Shown piece by piece: positions 38,341-51,502 of a stretch of DNA of 52,385 nucleotides (its first letter is position 1; the number at the start of each line of letters is the position of its first letter). The notes below the pieces were generated by a model. It saw nothing but the letters and a program-made list of their open reading frames with translations. It did not search any database and had not been told where the DNA came from. The position numbers were made by a program, and so were the translations under genes. This stretch comes from Chara braunii (Eukaryota > Plantae > Charophyceae). Location of the stretch: NCBI GenBank assembly GCA_003427395.1, contig BFEA01000031.1, forward strand, positions 2,534,552 to 2,586,936. The letters are read 5' to 3'.

Positions 38341-39189
38341 TTAGTTGTTCGGCGTCTGCATCAGGGGTAGGAGGGAAAACAGGGCACAGAAGCCGCTGAG
38401 AAGAAACATAGACGCAAAAAGAAAGAACTGAGCTAATCGTGACGGCCACCAAGTTAAGCCCTTAACTAGTTTCACCATTACTAATGCGCCGTCAGCATCA
38501 GGGGTAGAAGGGAAAACGGGGAACAGAACTAAGCTAATCGCGACGGCCACCAAAGCCCTTAGCTTGGTTTTACCATTGCTCGTGCGTCGTCTGAATCAGG
38601 GGTAGGAGGGAAAACAGGGCAAATCATCAGGGGTAGGAGGGAAAACTAGAACAGACGACACAGAACAGAACTAGAGGTAATGGCGACGGCAACCAAGTTA
38701 AGACCTTGGATTGTTCAGTTCTCGGTTCTCTATTAGAGAAATCCTCCCTTCCATTTCTCTGTTTTAGATTCTCCGTTTGATTCACAGTTTAATCTACCGT
38801 TAGACTCAGACGGCTTCTATTTTCCGTTTGGCTCTCCGTTTCAGCTCCTCTGTTCCATTCCGCGTTTCATCCTGTCCTCTTAGGCCCATACGGCTCGCCG
38901 CGCTTGCCTCCATTTCGTATGGATTTCCCCACATACAAAGGAGCTTTAGCCGTTGCTTGAGAATCTGTTCGATTTCAGATAGGTGATCAGGGAGGTGCCA
39001 ATCGCTCTATTCTTTTTTAAAAGAACCAAAGATAGGCTTTCCTTCCCAATCAATGCCAGCGGCCGTGTGTACAGACACTGTCGGGAAGAAGAACGAAACA
39101 GTAATGGCGAGGTCAATCACCACGTGTCCACGCTTAAAAGAAGTATTCAGTAGCCTGCATGGACATTGAAGCTCACAAACGCGCACATT

Positions 39190-39234
39190 CCCCGACGCGT
39201 TTCGCCTGGCTGCGCTCCAGGGCTTATCGAGGGG
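39190..39234 (-). ncRNA. Degenerate minimal hammerhead ribozyme motif (Penelope-like)
   Basis: The minus strand reads CCC-CTCGATAA-GCCCTGG-AGCGCAG-CCAGGC-GAAACGCGTC-GGG: stem I CCC/GGG, stem II and palindromic ACGCGT stem III. The CUGAUGA box is mutated. Confidence 0.45.
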
Positions 39235-40850
39235 CACACCACACTCCCGCATCCACCTGTCTGTGAAGAAGAAGACAGTCTCGACGATAATCATCAGGAT
39301 AAAAATTATCATACTTATATGATCTCAGACAGAGTCAGACTAATAAGTAAGCAAATTACTTATCATAATCGCGCGCGACGGCATGACTGTTACCGTCGCC
39401 ACAACTACGGGCCCAGCATATCGTAAAACGCTGATTCCGAGTTATGCATGCTACTCTTTCTTCCTAACGCCGAGTTAAGTAATTCTCTCTTTCTTTTTTT
39501 TTTTTCTTTTTTTTTTATAGTAATTCTCTCTTTCTAACGGCGAGTTATGTCCTTATTTCTTTCAAACGCCGAGTTAATATGCTGTTCTTTCCATCTAACG
39601 GTGAAAAAGGGCACAAACGAGATCGAAAAAGAGAGATTTCCCCACGCCGTTTTCTCCTGCCCCCCATTGACGAGCCAAGAGAACGCGCCAGAGAATCCAC
39701 TCAACTGCAGCTCTCTCTCTCTCCTCGTTCGAGTTTCTCTACTCGGTGGAGGGAAGTAAGGTCAGGAGAGAACACGTCACACATGAAACGATGGCGCGCA
39801 GGACGGAGGACGGCCCCCGATTTGTTCACTTCTGGCTACTTGTAGGAGCAATAAGACTAGGAAAGACAACACAGCGAGGGCGCCGGAGAAGGGGCAAAGA
39901 GGAGAAGACTTGAGAAGGAGCAGGTGGGAACACAGATAGGTAAAAAATCTAAAGAGAACAACACGCAAAAGTGCAACAAATGCACCCAGCAGGGAAAACG
40001 TGCACAAATGCATAGAACGTTCCACCTGCAACATGCATACGGAAGGCATTGCGAAAATTCCACTGCAATGCCTCCTGAAGCAGTATACGACAATAAGAGG
40101 GAGAGAATGACGTACACCCAAACAGACAGGAAACGAACCCAAGAAGGGAAGGAGAGAAAACGAGGAATCAGGATGCAGCGGAATCTTCTCGCTTATCTCA
40201 AGCGAACATCGAGAAAAAGACGAGGAGCGGGAACAGTGTGTAAGTTTGTGCGCGTGTGTGAGAGACACCGTGGGGGGGGGGGGGGGNNNNNNNNNNNNNN
40301 NNNNNNNNNNNNNNNNNNNNNNNNNNNNNNNNNNNNNNNNNNNNNNNNNNNNNNNNNNNNNNNNNNNNNNNNNNNNNNNNNNNNNNNNNNNNNNNNNNNN
40401 NNNNNNNNNNNNNNNNNNNNNNNNNNNNNNNNNNNNNNNNNNNNNNNNNNNNNNNNNNNNNNNNNNNNNNNNNNNNNNNNNNNNNNNNNNNNNNNNNNNN
40501 NNNNNNNNNNNNNNNNNNNNNNNNNNNNNNNNNNNNNNNNNNNNNNNNNNNNNNNNNNNNNNNNNNNNNNNNNNNNNNNNNNNNNNNNNNNNNNNNNNNN
40601 NNNNNNNNNNNNNNNNNNNNNNNNNNNNNNNNNNNNNNNNNNNNNNNNNNNNNNNNNNNNNNNNNNNNNNNNNNNNNNNNNNNNNNNNNNNNNNNNNNNN
40701 NNNNNNNNNNNNNNNNNNNNNNNNNNNNNNNNNNNNNNNNNNNNNNNNNNNNNNNNNNNNNNNNNNNNNNNNNNNNNNNNNNNNNNNNNNNNNNNNNNNN
40801 NNNNNNNNNNNNNNNNNNNNNNNNNNNNNNNNNNNNNNNNNNNNNNNNNN

Positions 40851-40909
<59 letters not shown>

Positions 40910-41232
40910 ACTAGAGGAGCCGCTGCTACGTTACAGTGCCACGAACTGAGTGAGAAGTGCTATCGAAATTAATGGAACAAGGATTCGGAGAGGAAATCCA
41001 TGTCACAAGCGGAAGATATTAGAATGGCGGAGAACGGGAAAGCGGAACGGGTGGGTGGATTGGGAGCAGAAAACTTTTCAACGCCCTCCATCGCAAGTGG
41101 GCTTCTGCCCACCATGCTCGTCTGTGCAGATGTCTGAACAGAACAGAGAGTTGTACGGTGGCCTTGTGGACCGATATCAGAACTGTTCAGTCTTCAGAAC
41201 TGTTCAGCCTTTTTTTTCTCGCAGAATCTGCG

Positions 41233-42249
41233 CTATGCGGGGCAACCGCTGCACAAAGTCTTGATGTAGGGGCCGAACCTAGTCTCAATGACGGTGATCC
41301 CCTGCGGTACGTCGGGGCAGAAATACACCCCGGTAGTGATTGACAAATCACTCGGGCCAACGCTCACATGATTCACAGCACCCGTCCCTATGGTGTTATT
41401 CTGCCAAGTCACAGAGCAAAAACGTTTTTCGACATGGAAATCTGCCACGTTGACGGCGCCTCCAGCCAGCCCCGCCCTGTTTCCGATGAAAGTGCATTTC
41501 GCTAGAGTGGCTGTATAGGCATAAGACATCTGGAGCTCGATGGCGCCGCCCGTCCTTCCCGCCGTATTGCCTTCAAAACGGCAATTGGTGGTTTCGTTGA
41601 CCGTGCCCTCGAAGCTAAAGATTGCGCCGCCGGCGTTTCCCGCTCGATTACGGAGGAAGTTGGAGCCGGTGAGATAAGCTCTGCCGAAAGTGTTAAGGCT
41701 AACGGCGCCACCGAACTGAGCAGCGTTTTCGATAAAATCACACCGTTCGATGTTCAACCTCCCGCTCCAGACCCCGACTCCGCCGCCTCGGAAAGACGCG
41801 GTATTCCAGCGGATAATGCTGTCGGAAACGCGCAAGCTGCCGCTGGAAATGCCATTGCCAATGTTGATGGCGGCGCCGCCAGCGTCAGCAAGCGATCGGT
41901 TGGTAGAGCGACACTCTTGAATGATAACCTGAGAGAATGTCCAGCTGCCGATGCCACGGAAGCAGCTGAACCGCTTCACTCCGCTGATGACACAGCGGCT
42001 TCCCGCGCATTTGCCATTAAGAGTGAAGGAAGAACCGCGATAAGGCAGACTGGCGGTCAGTGTTATGTTACGAGTCAAGTCGAATGACGTCACATTCGGA
42101 TTCAGCAGGGCCGCACGCAAGCTCGCCTCGTCGCTCTGTGCTTGCATAGACCGCCGATGGACGCCCCTCGATCTCCAGGGAGCGCTTTCAGCTTGCTGAT
42201 GGCTCAGGGACATCAGACAAGCAATGACTATCACGTACATCCTCGCCGC

Positions 42250-42255
<6 letters not shown>
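41233..42255 (-). CDS. Secreted right-handed beta-helix protein with Pmp-type (FxxN..GGA[I/V]) repeats, pectin-lyase-like fold, 340 aa, intronless
   Basis: ATG at 42255 follows the (GA)n tract. Hydrophobic signal peptide (MYVIVIACLMSLSHQQAES); repeats FIENAAQFGGAV, FLRNRAGNAGGAI, FEGNTAGRTGGAI and FIGNRAGLAGGAV; TAG at 41233-41235. Confidence 0.85.
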
Positions 42256-42344
<89 letters not shown>

Positions 42345-42953
42345 CTCCTCACCCCGCTTCACCCAACACACACAGATACACGAGGCAGGCTCTGCGACTG
42401 TGCTTGGAGTACAACGGAACTGTAGAACGGCCGGCCCCCTTCACCAGAGCTAGGGAAGCACCCACTGCAACTCACTGGAGGTGGATATCTCACTCTCACA
42501 AGCGGAAATGATAGAGAGCGAGATGATAGAAAACGACGCTCGCTTGCCGTCTTTTGCTTGTCGACAAGTCCGCTCGTGCTGAACTCGTCTCGGCTGTGCC
42601 TTCTCTCCCGCCGCCCGCGGGTGCCAGCTCGTCAAAACAAACCGGCAACTGTGTGGAGGTGAACTTCGCCACAACTACTGAAGCAACGATGAGCGGGGAG
42701 ATTCGAGTAATCTCGGGATCTGCAGATCTGTCGCCGGAGAACCAACGGGGCCCAGGCCGGGAAGGGGGCGGGGATCAAGGAAGTAATCGTCGGAAGAAAA
42801 AAAAAAAAAAAAAAAAAAAAAGAGACTATGGTGTCGACCAAGAGGTGAGATGAAAGTGAATGTATTTTTTCGGAAAAAAAAAAAAAAAAACATGGTGTGA
42901 CGGGGAGGGCCAACTCGAAAGGCATCGATCATGGTGTCACCGAGTCATCAGAC

Positions 42954-43062
42954 TACCTTCTTCCCCCGAATACAACGTACGGTCATTATAGCTGAATTTA
43001 GAGTTACAGATACACCAAATTCGGCTATAGTGACCGTACGTTGTATTCGGGGGAGGAAGGTA
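42954..43062. mobile_element. ~110-bp palindromic MITE, family A
   Basis: TACCTTCTTCCCCCGAATACAACGTACGGTCATTATAGCTGAATTT and AAATTCGGCTATAGTGACCGTACGTTGTATTCGGGGGAGGAAGGTA form near-perfect ~46-bp arms. Confidence 0.8.
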
Positions 43063-43246
43063 AACGATTGACGGCCAGCAAAAAAAAACAAGAAGCGACA
43101 AGAAAACAGAAACAAAACAGAAAAGAATGGCAATGGACGGCCAGCGCTCGCACTTTTTCGGACCGTCAGGTGCACACCGTCAGATCTTCTCCTCATTTCC
43201 TTTTTACTCTTCTTTTTGTCTTGGATTTGTTTTGTTTTGTTTCTTT

Positions 43247-43310
43247 CCATTTCTCGATTTATGCGTGTCATCCTTGCGCAGGGGCCATGGTAATCTTCTC
43301 TGTCCCGAGG
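43247..43310 (-). pseudogene. U6: U6 copy with a 5' internal deletion
   Basis: The minus strand reads CCTCGGGACAGAGAAGATTACCATGGCCCCTGCGCAAGGATGACACGCATAAATCGAGAAATGG, followed by an A-rich tract. Confidence 0.8.
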
Positions 43311-43648
43311 CCCACTAGGACTACTCTTGACACGTGGCGAGTGAACGCCGCCCCGTTCTGTTGTTTTTTGGGGTCCATTCCAAGTTGGGCGTTGGGGCAA
43401 TTTTCCCTTGTTCTTTTGGCTCTTTTTCCCCCTATCATCTTCATCCGGGCTTTTTTTTTTTTTCCTTCTCTTTTCTTCCGGGGAAAGAGCGAGGAAACAT
43501 TCTTCACATCCGTATTGCTCCTGCGCAAGGATGACCACACTTGGGGCTGCGGGCCTATGTTCTCGGCGTATGGGCGATTCGAACCGTTGAGCTGGCTATG
43601 AACAGAGCTGCAGCTGTGTGTCATCGGTGTGTCATGCAGCCACCTCCC

Positions 43649-43821
43649 GGAGCAAGTCCCACTACCGGTAGCTGCGCTGAGTTTCCTCAACGCCTGAATT
43701 TGGACGTGCTTGAGGCGATGTGCGTTTTTGAGAACACTCAACGCCAGTTCTGCACATCTCCACAAACACTTCCAGATTCAGGCGTTGAGGAAACTCAATG
43801 CTGGTAGTGGGACTTGGCCCC
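43649..43821. mobile_element. Foldback MITE with family-B termini
   Basis: CAAGTCCCACTACC...TGAGTTTCCTCAACGCCTGAATTTGGA is inverted against TCCAGATTCAGGCGTTGAGGAAACTCA...GGTAGTGGGACTTGGCCCC. Confidence 0.7.
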
Positions 43822-44929
43822 GGAGTACCAGTTGGAACTTCTCATCTACTGAGTTCAGCCCTTCTGTTACATCATCTACTGTGCGCTGCCCTTCTGGCAG
43901 ACCCAACGGCTGCTGTGTTCATGCTAAGAAGGCAGGAATGTGACCGCTAATACGATCAGTTTCGGGCGTTCTAAGCATGAACATAGCAATGGCGGATCCT
44001 ACCCCCTTATAGTTAGTACGGATCCGTTTTCGGGGAGAAAAGTACATAAACGGCCCTGTCAGGTTTGCAAATCCAAAATCTAGCCCGATTCGTCTGCAGG
44101 TGGAGGTGCAGATACCGGAGTGCCCGAGTATCCGCAGTTGTAGACCTTATGCCCTGGATATTTCTGCCGATGACCTTTCAATGGACCCTCCAGACTGGGG
44201 CTAGACTAATGCCGAGCCTAAATTCATCCTGCTCACACTGGTGGCCCCAGCCATTCACCCGAACCCGGTAAAAATGTGGCCATATAAGGCCGCGTATATG
44301 TTTTCCAAGCGGGGCGGGATACTGCTGGTGTGAAACTATTGAATGGTTTGACGACTCAGTGAGATTGGGATATCAGATCACTGCGCACTCAGTAAGTGGC
44401 CTCTACAACACCCTGGACTTTATATATAAAAAGACTGGGATGGGATATCAGCTTTCAGGCCCACCCCTTGATTTGGAATGGACTGTGGCTAAGCTACGGA
44501 TGGGAAGAGGGTGGATCCATGACTCCTTGCCACGGTTGACGCTACCGGAATTGGGGGTTGCTTATGGACTTACCAGTCGTTAAACCACCAGTACCTTTGT
44601 AACTCATGGCGGTTAACAAGCCGCAACAATCATGAACGAACCGGCCACTAAGGGAGCGCCCAAATTCATCTGACTAGAAACGCTTCTACTCTTTTTTTCC
44701 GGGCGGCCAATATATGGGAAAGGTATGGTTGCAGATGCATTTGGCAGTTCCTACTGCCTCGTGGTGTGCACCGAGAATTGTGAAAGTCTCGCCTTTCTTT
44801 TTGGCCTGTGCTGGAACAAGAATATGCATTGGGAACTGTAGAGACCATCCTGGGGATGGTGGAGGCAAAATTCCACCCAGATACCCTCCACCACCTCCAG
44901 AGCTAGATGGAGCCACAGAAAAAGAAGTG

Positions 44930-45350
44930 TTCATTTGTTTCAGCCTTCAGGGACTTTCCGGGTCGGGAAAGGTGTGCCGCAGAGTTTGCACCAAGCGAGA
45001 GCAAGGCCTCTTTGTTCAAGGTGCGTTCTGTCAATTCACCAGTAGTTGGTGGGCAGACACCGGTGGTCGACTTGTCATTGCAGTGACGCCAACTTTGCCG
45101 GTTTGGCCTTGCCGGCTCTAAAGCATTGCATGGGGCGCATGTGACCCTCTTAACCTCACGCCCTGCACAGCTTTCCTGTCGGAGTGACTAAAACACGTGG
45201 AAAGCAGCAAAATGGGGCGTGCCAAGGATTTTTGGGAAATTGACTGTGCAGATTCATACAGAACTGAAATCTCTCGTGTGGTTCCAGTATGGAGCGACGA
45301 GCAAAGCGGAAAAAGCAGAAAGGAGTCCCTCTCAACAACTACCTAATCCC
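44930..45350 (+). mobile_element. Possible Ty3/gypsy pol (RNase H) remnant
   Basis: IFGKLTVQIHTELKSLVWF resembles the LxGrkFxixTDHksLxwl motif; the region is heavily degenerate. Confidence 0.3.
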
Positions 45351-48158
45351 AAAAGCATCCTTGAACTCATCGCGTGCAGCGCGACGCTTTTTCCCGGATC
45401 GAAAAGGAGAGGGAACATATGTGGGATCTCGGTTTCAAAGCTCAAAATCCGAGTCGGAAGGGCAAAGTCTCACTGCTTTCTCCTTGAATTGCTCTTCTCC
45501 CCGTGTCCGATAGTTGAACCCTTGGGCTCAAGAGCGCTCCGTGCTGGCACAATCGTTGCACCACATATGAGGTCAGTGGGGAGCAATTGTCGACCATGGG
45601 ATGACGATCAACTCGTTGAATGGAAGCAAAACAGAGTAGGGAGGGAAACGTGTATCAATAGTCACAAAACCCGGATTGATGAACAAAGAACACCGTGCTT
45701 CTGAGGGAAAATGATAAGGGCCGCCAATCTTGGCTACGACTTCGCGTACTTCCCACTCGTAAACAAATGTTTATCTATCCTCGTCGTATGGGAAGGTCGT
45801 GGGCGGGGATGTTCGAGAAATTGGCGCCCCGATGGCTCGACTGGCTCAATCCACATGGCCAACAGACATGCATCCACCACTCACAAAACAAGGCGACCAA
45901 CCCCTATTGACATTGGGAATCACCTTCATAGAGGAAATAAGGCAATACGATGTGACTTTCATGCCTGGGGTTCATACTCGAAGGGTGATTACCTAGGAAA
46001 CTAATGATGGATGAGTTCAATAAGAAGTTTATGAAGAAATCATCACGGGTTTTCCAAAGGACAAAAACGAAGGCGGGTGATGATAACAACAATAGCTACA
46101 TGGGTCATTGCATAGGATGGGCCTCATCCCTTCGAAGCATCAAAAAGAGCAAAAATTTTCACGAGTTGTGCAACTTTAAGGTGATGCCTATCCCATAACC
46201 CTTTGATCATGTCCACATACAGGTCATACTTCTAATCATACCAACGAACATCCATTGAAAATAAAGATAAAGAAAGCGCAATAAAGGCGACATTAACCGA
46301 TTCGAGTGCTTCGCGTTTGAAAGTCATGGGAGCGCAATCGTTCCACTCATTACTTTATTCTTGCAAGTGAAAGATTGAAATGAGAGAAGCGTCAGTATTG
46401 TTGCTCGAGAGCGTTAAGGATTACTTCAGAAAAGTTTCTAACTATGAAAGGAATAACAACAACCAAAACTCATCCATTCATCCATTATTAACACACCAGA
46501 TCCGTTTTCATGAAGATTCTGCGAGTCAGAAGAGAGAAACGAGAAAGAGCATATACATTAGCATATGAAGAAATAATCATCTCATTGGACCAGCTACATC
46601 TTTATTTGTACTTATAAGATTCCAGCCCAGCAAAATCTTGAAACAAGGGCGAGACGACGGGTTAGACACGAAGACAAACTTACACACATATAGTTATTGT
46701 AATCCATGCACAACCACCATTCATTCATACATTCATAGAAAGGAAGCGAGAGGGAGAAAAAAAATATACTCATGTACAATCATCATGGTCAACCAATCAA
46801 CTACTACGCGGATTTGTCTGAATCTTGCAGTTCATCGCAGTGATCCAACACACAATGTCGCAAAGTTGCAATCGACTCGTCGAGACTTTCTAATTCGTTG
46901 ATCACCCTCTCATCTAGCCACTACTGCAGCAGAGGTTGCCGATGCATTGATGGAGAGAAAAAACGATGCACTTACGAGATTTATACTTGTGAAAGAGAAG
47001 GGAAGAGAGCGATGATGAGGAATAGAAGAGAGGAGAGATGAAAAAAGGGGAGGCATGCGGGAAGGTCATGTCGATCCACTCAAAGTACTTTGTGGCCAAT
47101 CGGATCGCAGGGTGAGGATTTCAGAGTCGCCCGACTTCCACGATTACTTGGGGGAACGACAAGGCCTTCTTGCGTGTAGATGAAGGCAGAAAAAAGGTTA
47201 CGGTGTCGAGCGCATCGGTTTCTCATCGCACTAAGGTGGGACTCTTCTGACCGCGTCACGCAGGAGTTAGTCTTACTCATCGCGATACACAAGGAGCTTC
47301 CGCAAGTCGCTCCTGCCGAATGCGCCAACCATACCTCTCGCGAACCCCTACGATAGGATAGAGCCAACGTGAGGTACAACTTACCTCCACCCGCGGGAGC
47401 TGTCACCTCCCTTCAATAGGCGTATCCCCGACGAGCTATCAGTCCAGAATACGAAAGCTTATCAGTTGCAATCGTAGAGGTGGACCAATAGAGGGCGTTT
47501 CTTGTACACTGTAGCATAGGGGTTACGCGTGGTCCCACGCCTCTATCGAATTCGCATGCGAACCGACGCACTGGGGGGCTGAAGTTCCAAGCGCGACTCG
47601 TTGTGGGTCGACTACGACGCATCCCACGCACCACGCGTTATACCACGCTAAAAAATATAAAATTAAAATAACACACACAGACACAACCTTCCGACGCGAA
47701 AATCGGATAGGCGTCGCGAGGGAGACTTAGTACAAAATCATGTACACGCAAGGCCTTCTCATATCGACTAGCAATGCATACTTACGCAAGCGGTCGCAAT
47801 GATGGCGTACTATGTGGTACCCGTACTCATACGATCCTCGATAATCTCGAGGTTCGTGGCAGACTCGCGTCTTGAGGGGTTAATCTGACACTAAACAATC
47901 GCCAAATGCGGTTGAGGACCACGCCCTTTTGTGCACCCTGTAGAGAGTGGGTGGTACACAGGTTCATACATGTGGTGGCAATTGTCTCTTATTGCCTTGG
48001 AGACCAACTTCATCATCCAGGGTCTGGAGAGATGCCACGGACTGTAACGCCCAACTATAAAAACTATAAAAAACAAAGAATAAAAGGGGATGTTCCCTCT
48101 CTTTCAACTCATAATCTATTTAACCTTTGCGCACGATCACAATAAGCTACGCGAACAA

Positions 48159-48254
<96 letters not shown>

Positions 48255-49022
48255 NNNNNNNNNNNNNNNNNNNNNNNNNNNNNNNNNNNNNNNNNNNNNN
48301 NNNNNNNNNNNNNNNNNNNNNNNNNNNNNNNNNNNNNNNNNNNNNNNNNNNNNNNNNNNNNNNNNNNNNNNNNNNNNNNNNNNNNNNNNNNNNNNNNNNN
48401 NNNNNNNNNNNNNNNNNNNNNNNNNNNNNNNNNNNNNNNNNNNNNNNNNNNNNNNNNNNNNNNNNNNNNNNNNNNNNNNNNNNNNNNNNNNNNNNNNNNN
48501 NNNNNNNNNNNNNNNNNNNNNNNNNNNNNNNNNNNNNNNNNNNNNNNNNNNNNNNNNNNNNNNNNNNNNNNNNNNNNNNNNNNNNNNNNNNNNNNNNNNN
48601 NNNNNNNNNNNNNNNNNNNNNNNNNNNNNNNNNNNNNNNNNNNNNNNNNNNNNNNNNNNNNNNNNNNNNNNNNNNNNNNNNNNNNNNNNNNNNNNNNNNN
48701 NNNNNNNNNNNNNNNNNNNNNNNNNNNNNNNNNNNNNNNNNNNNNNNNNNNNNNNNNNNNNNNNNNNNNNNNNNNNNNNNNNNNNNNNNNNNNNNNNNNN
48801 NNNNNNNNNNNNNNNNNNNNNNNNNNNNNNNNNNNNNNNNNNNNNNNNNNNNNNNNNNNNNNNNNNNNNNNNNNNNNNNNNNNNNNNNNNNNNNNNNNNN
48901 NNNNNNNNNNNNNNNNNNNNNNNNNNNNNNNNNNNNNNNNNNNNNNNNNNNNNNNNNNNNNNNNNNNNNNNNNNNNNNNNNNNNNNNNNNNNNNNNNNNN
49001 NNNNNNNNNNNNNNNNNNNNNN

Positions 49023-49109
<87 letters not shown>

Positions 49110-49204
49110 CTAGCTTAGCGCCCGCGGTGCGGGCGGTGTCGACAATCCCTGCACGTAAAAGAGCAGAGAGGCTAGTCAATCATAAACATTGTGTCAAGAT
49201 CTTG

Positions 49205-50453
49205 ACTCACCATCCACCAAACCCGCACCGGGCCGCTAAGAAGTGCGCATAAATGTTTTGATTTTTATATATACTAAGGAATATATGTATTTTTTAAAAA
49301 AAATTAAGTGGCGCCCCCCCCCCCCCTCACTTCGGGCTTCGTTTCACATCATGCTGCACCACACGCAAAACCGAAAATATGGCAGCTAAGAAGTGCACAC
49401 GAACAATTTTTTTTTCTTCTAAACAATAGTCGAGAATATTATTATTTTTTTCTTACAGCAGGGTAGACGGGGGGCTTCCTGTTGCACTTGGATCCATATC
49501 TTGCTTCACCACCCACCAAACCCGCACCGGGCTGCTAAGAAGTGCGCATGAATGTTTCGATTTTCATATATACTAAGGAATATATGTATTTTTTTTTTTT
49601 TATTCAAGTTGCGGGGGGGGGGGGCACTTCGGGCTTCGTTCCAGATCATGCTGCACCATACGTAAAACCCAAAATGTGCCAGCTAAGAAGTGCGCGTGAA
49701 CAATTTTTTTTTTCTAAACAATAGTCGATAATATTATTATATTTTTTTTATAGCAGGATAGACGGGGGGGCTTCTTGTTGCACTTGGATCCATATCTTGC
49801 TTCACCACCCACCAAACCCGCACCAGGCTGCTAAGAAGTGCGCATGAATGTTTTGATTTTCATATATACTAACGAATATATGTATTTTTTTTTTAATTCA
49901 AGTCCCCACTTCGGGCTTGGTTCCACATCATGCTGCACCACACGCAAAAAACAAAATGTGACAGCTAAGAAGTGCCCGTGAACATTTTTTTTTTCTAAAC
50001 AATAGTCGAGAATATTATTATTTTTTTTTTACAGCAGGGTAGACGGGGGGCTTCCTGTTGCACTTGGATCCATATCTTGCTTCACCACCCACCAAACCCG
50101 CACCAGGCCGCTAAGAAGTGCGCATGAATGTTTTGATTTTCATATATACTAACGAATATATGCATTTTTTTTTTAATTCAAAATGCGGGGGAGGGGGCTC
50201 CGCCCCCCCCCCCCCCCACTTCGGGCTTGGTTCCACATCATGCTGCACCACACGCAAATCCCAAAACATGGGAGCTAAGAAGTGCACATGAACAATTTTA
50301 TTTTCTTCTAAATAATAGTCGATAATATATATATTTTTTTGTACAGCAGGGTAGGCTTCCTGTTGCACTTGGATCCATATCTTGCTTCACCACCCACCAA
50401 ACCCGAACCAGACCGCTAAGAAGTGCGCATGAATGTTTTGATTTTCATATATA
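49205..50453. repeat. ~280-305-bp tandem satellite, at least 4 units, running into an N gap
   Basis: The anchor CCACCAAACCCG(C/A)ACC recurs at ~49214, 49513, 49809, 50089 and 50394; each unit has two GCTAAGAAGTGC motifs. Confidence 0.9.
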
Positions 50454-51414
50454 NNNNNNNNNNNNNNNNNNNNNNNNNNNNNNNNNNNNNNNNNNNNNNN
50501 NNNNNNNNNNNNNNNNNNNNNNNNNNNNNNNNNNNNNNNNNNNNNNNNNNNNNNNNNNNNNNNNNNNNNNNNNNNNNNNNNNNNNNNNNNNNNNNNNNNN
50601 NNNNNNNNNNNNNNNNNNNNNNNNNNNNNNNNNNNNNNNNNNNNNNNNNNNNNNNNNNNNNNNNNNNNNNNNNNNNNNNNNNNNNNNNNNNNNNNNNNNN
50701 NNNNNNNNNNNNNNNNNNNNNNNNNNNNNNNNNNNNNNNNNNNNNNNNNNNNNNNNNNNNNNNNNNNNNNNNNNNNNNNNNNNNNNNNNNNNNNNNNNNN
50801 NNNNNNNNNNNNNNNNNNNNNNNNNNNNNNNNNNNNNNNNNNNNNNNNNNNNNNNNNNNNNNNNNNNNNNNNNNNNNNNNNNNNNNNNNNNNNNNNNNNN
50901 NNNNNNNNNNNNNNNNNNNNNNNNNNNNNNNNNNNNNNNNNNNNNNNNNNNNNNNNNNNNNNNNNNNNNNNNNNNNNNNNNNNNNNNNNNNNNNNNNNNN
51001 NNNNNNNNNNNNNNNNNNNNNNNNNNNNNNNNNNNNNNNNNNNNNNNNNNNNNNNNNNNNNNNNNNNNNNNNNNNNNNNNNNNNNNNNNNNNNNNNNNNN
51101 NNNNNNNNNNNNNNNNNNNNNNNNNNNNNNNNNNNNGTGCTTGGAGTGACTCAGTTAGTATCCAACAAATTTCTTTTTCTTTTTCTTTTTCTTTTTTTCT
51201 TTTTTCTTTCCTTGGTATGAGCACACCTAGAAAAAAGTTCGCCGGTAGCAGAGGGACCGAGCATCGTCTGAGTGGTCAGTCGCTGTGACTCCCTGAGTAC
51301 CCCTCCCCCTATGAACATCAGCAGAGACTGCTTTTTAATGCCAATTGGGGGGACCAACGGACTATCTCTAGGTGGCGGGCGCCAAGCATGCCCAGGAAGG
51401 TACATGAGGCCAAT

Positions 51415-51502
51415 GGGGATTGAACCCAAGACCTCCTTAGGCCAACCAATCCAGGTAAATTCAATCTTGTGTCCAATCTGACAACGGTGGACTCTTCAGC
51501 CC
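51415..51502 (-). mobile_element. Degenerate tRNA-like head
   Basis: The minus strand ends GGAGGTCTTGGGTTCAATCCCCA (T-arm/B box); the A box is weak. Confidence 0.35.

Noticed and set aside
39924-51224. Long ORFs containing X runs
   Set aside because: They are artefacts of assembly gaps (N) and the adjacent microsatellites.
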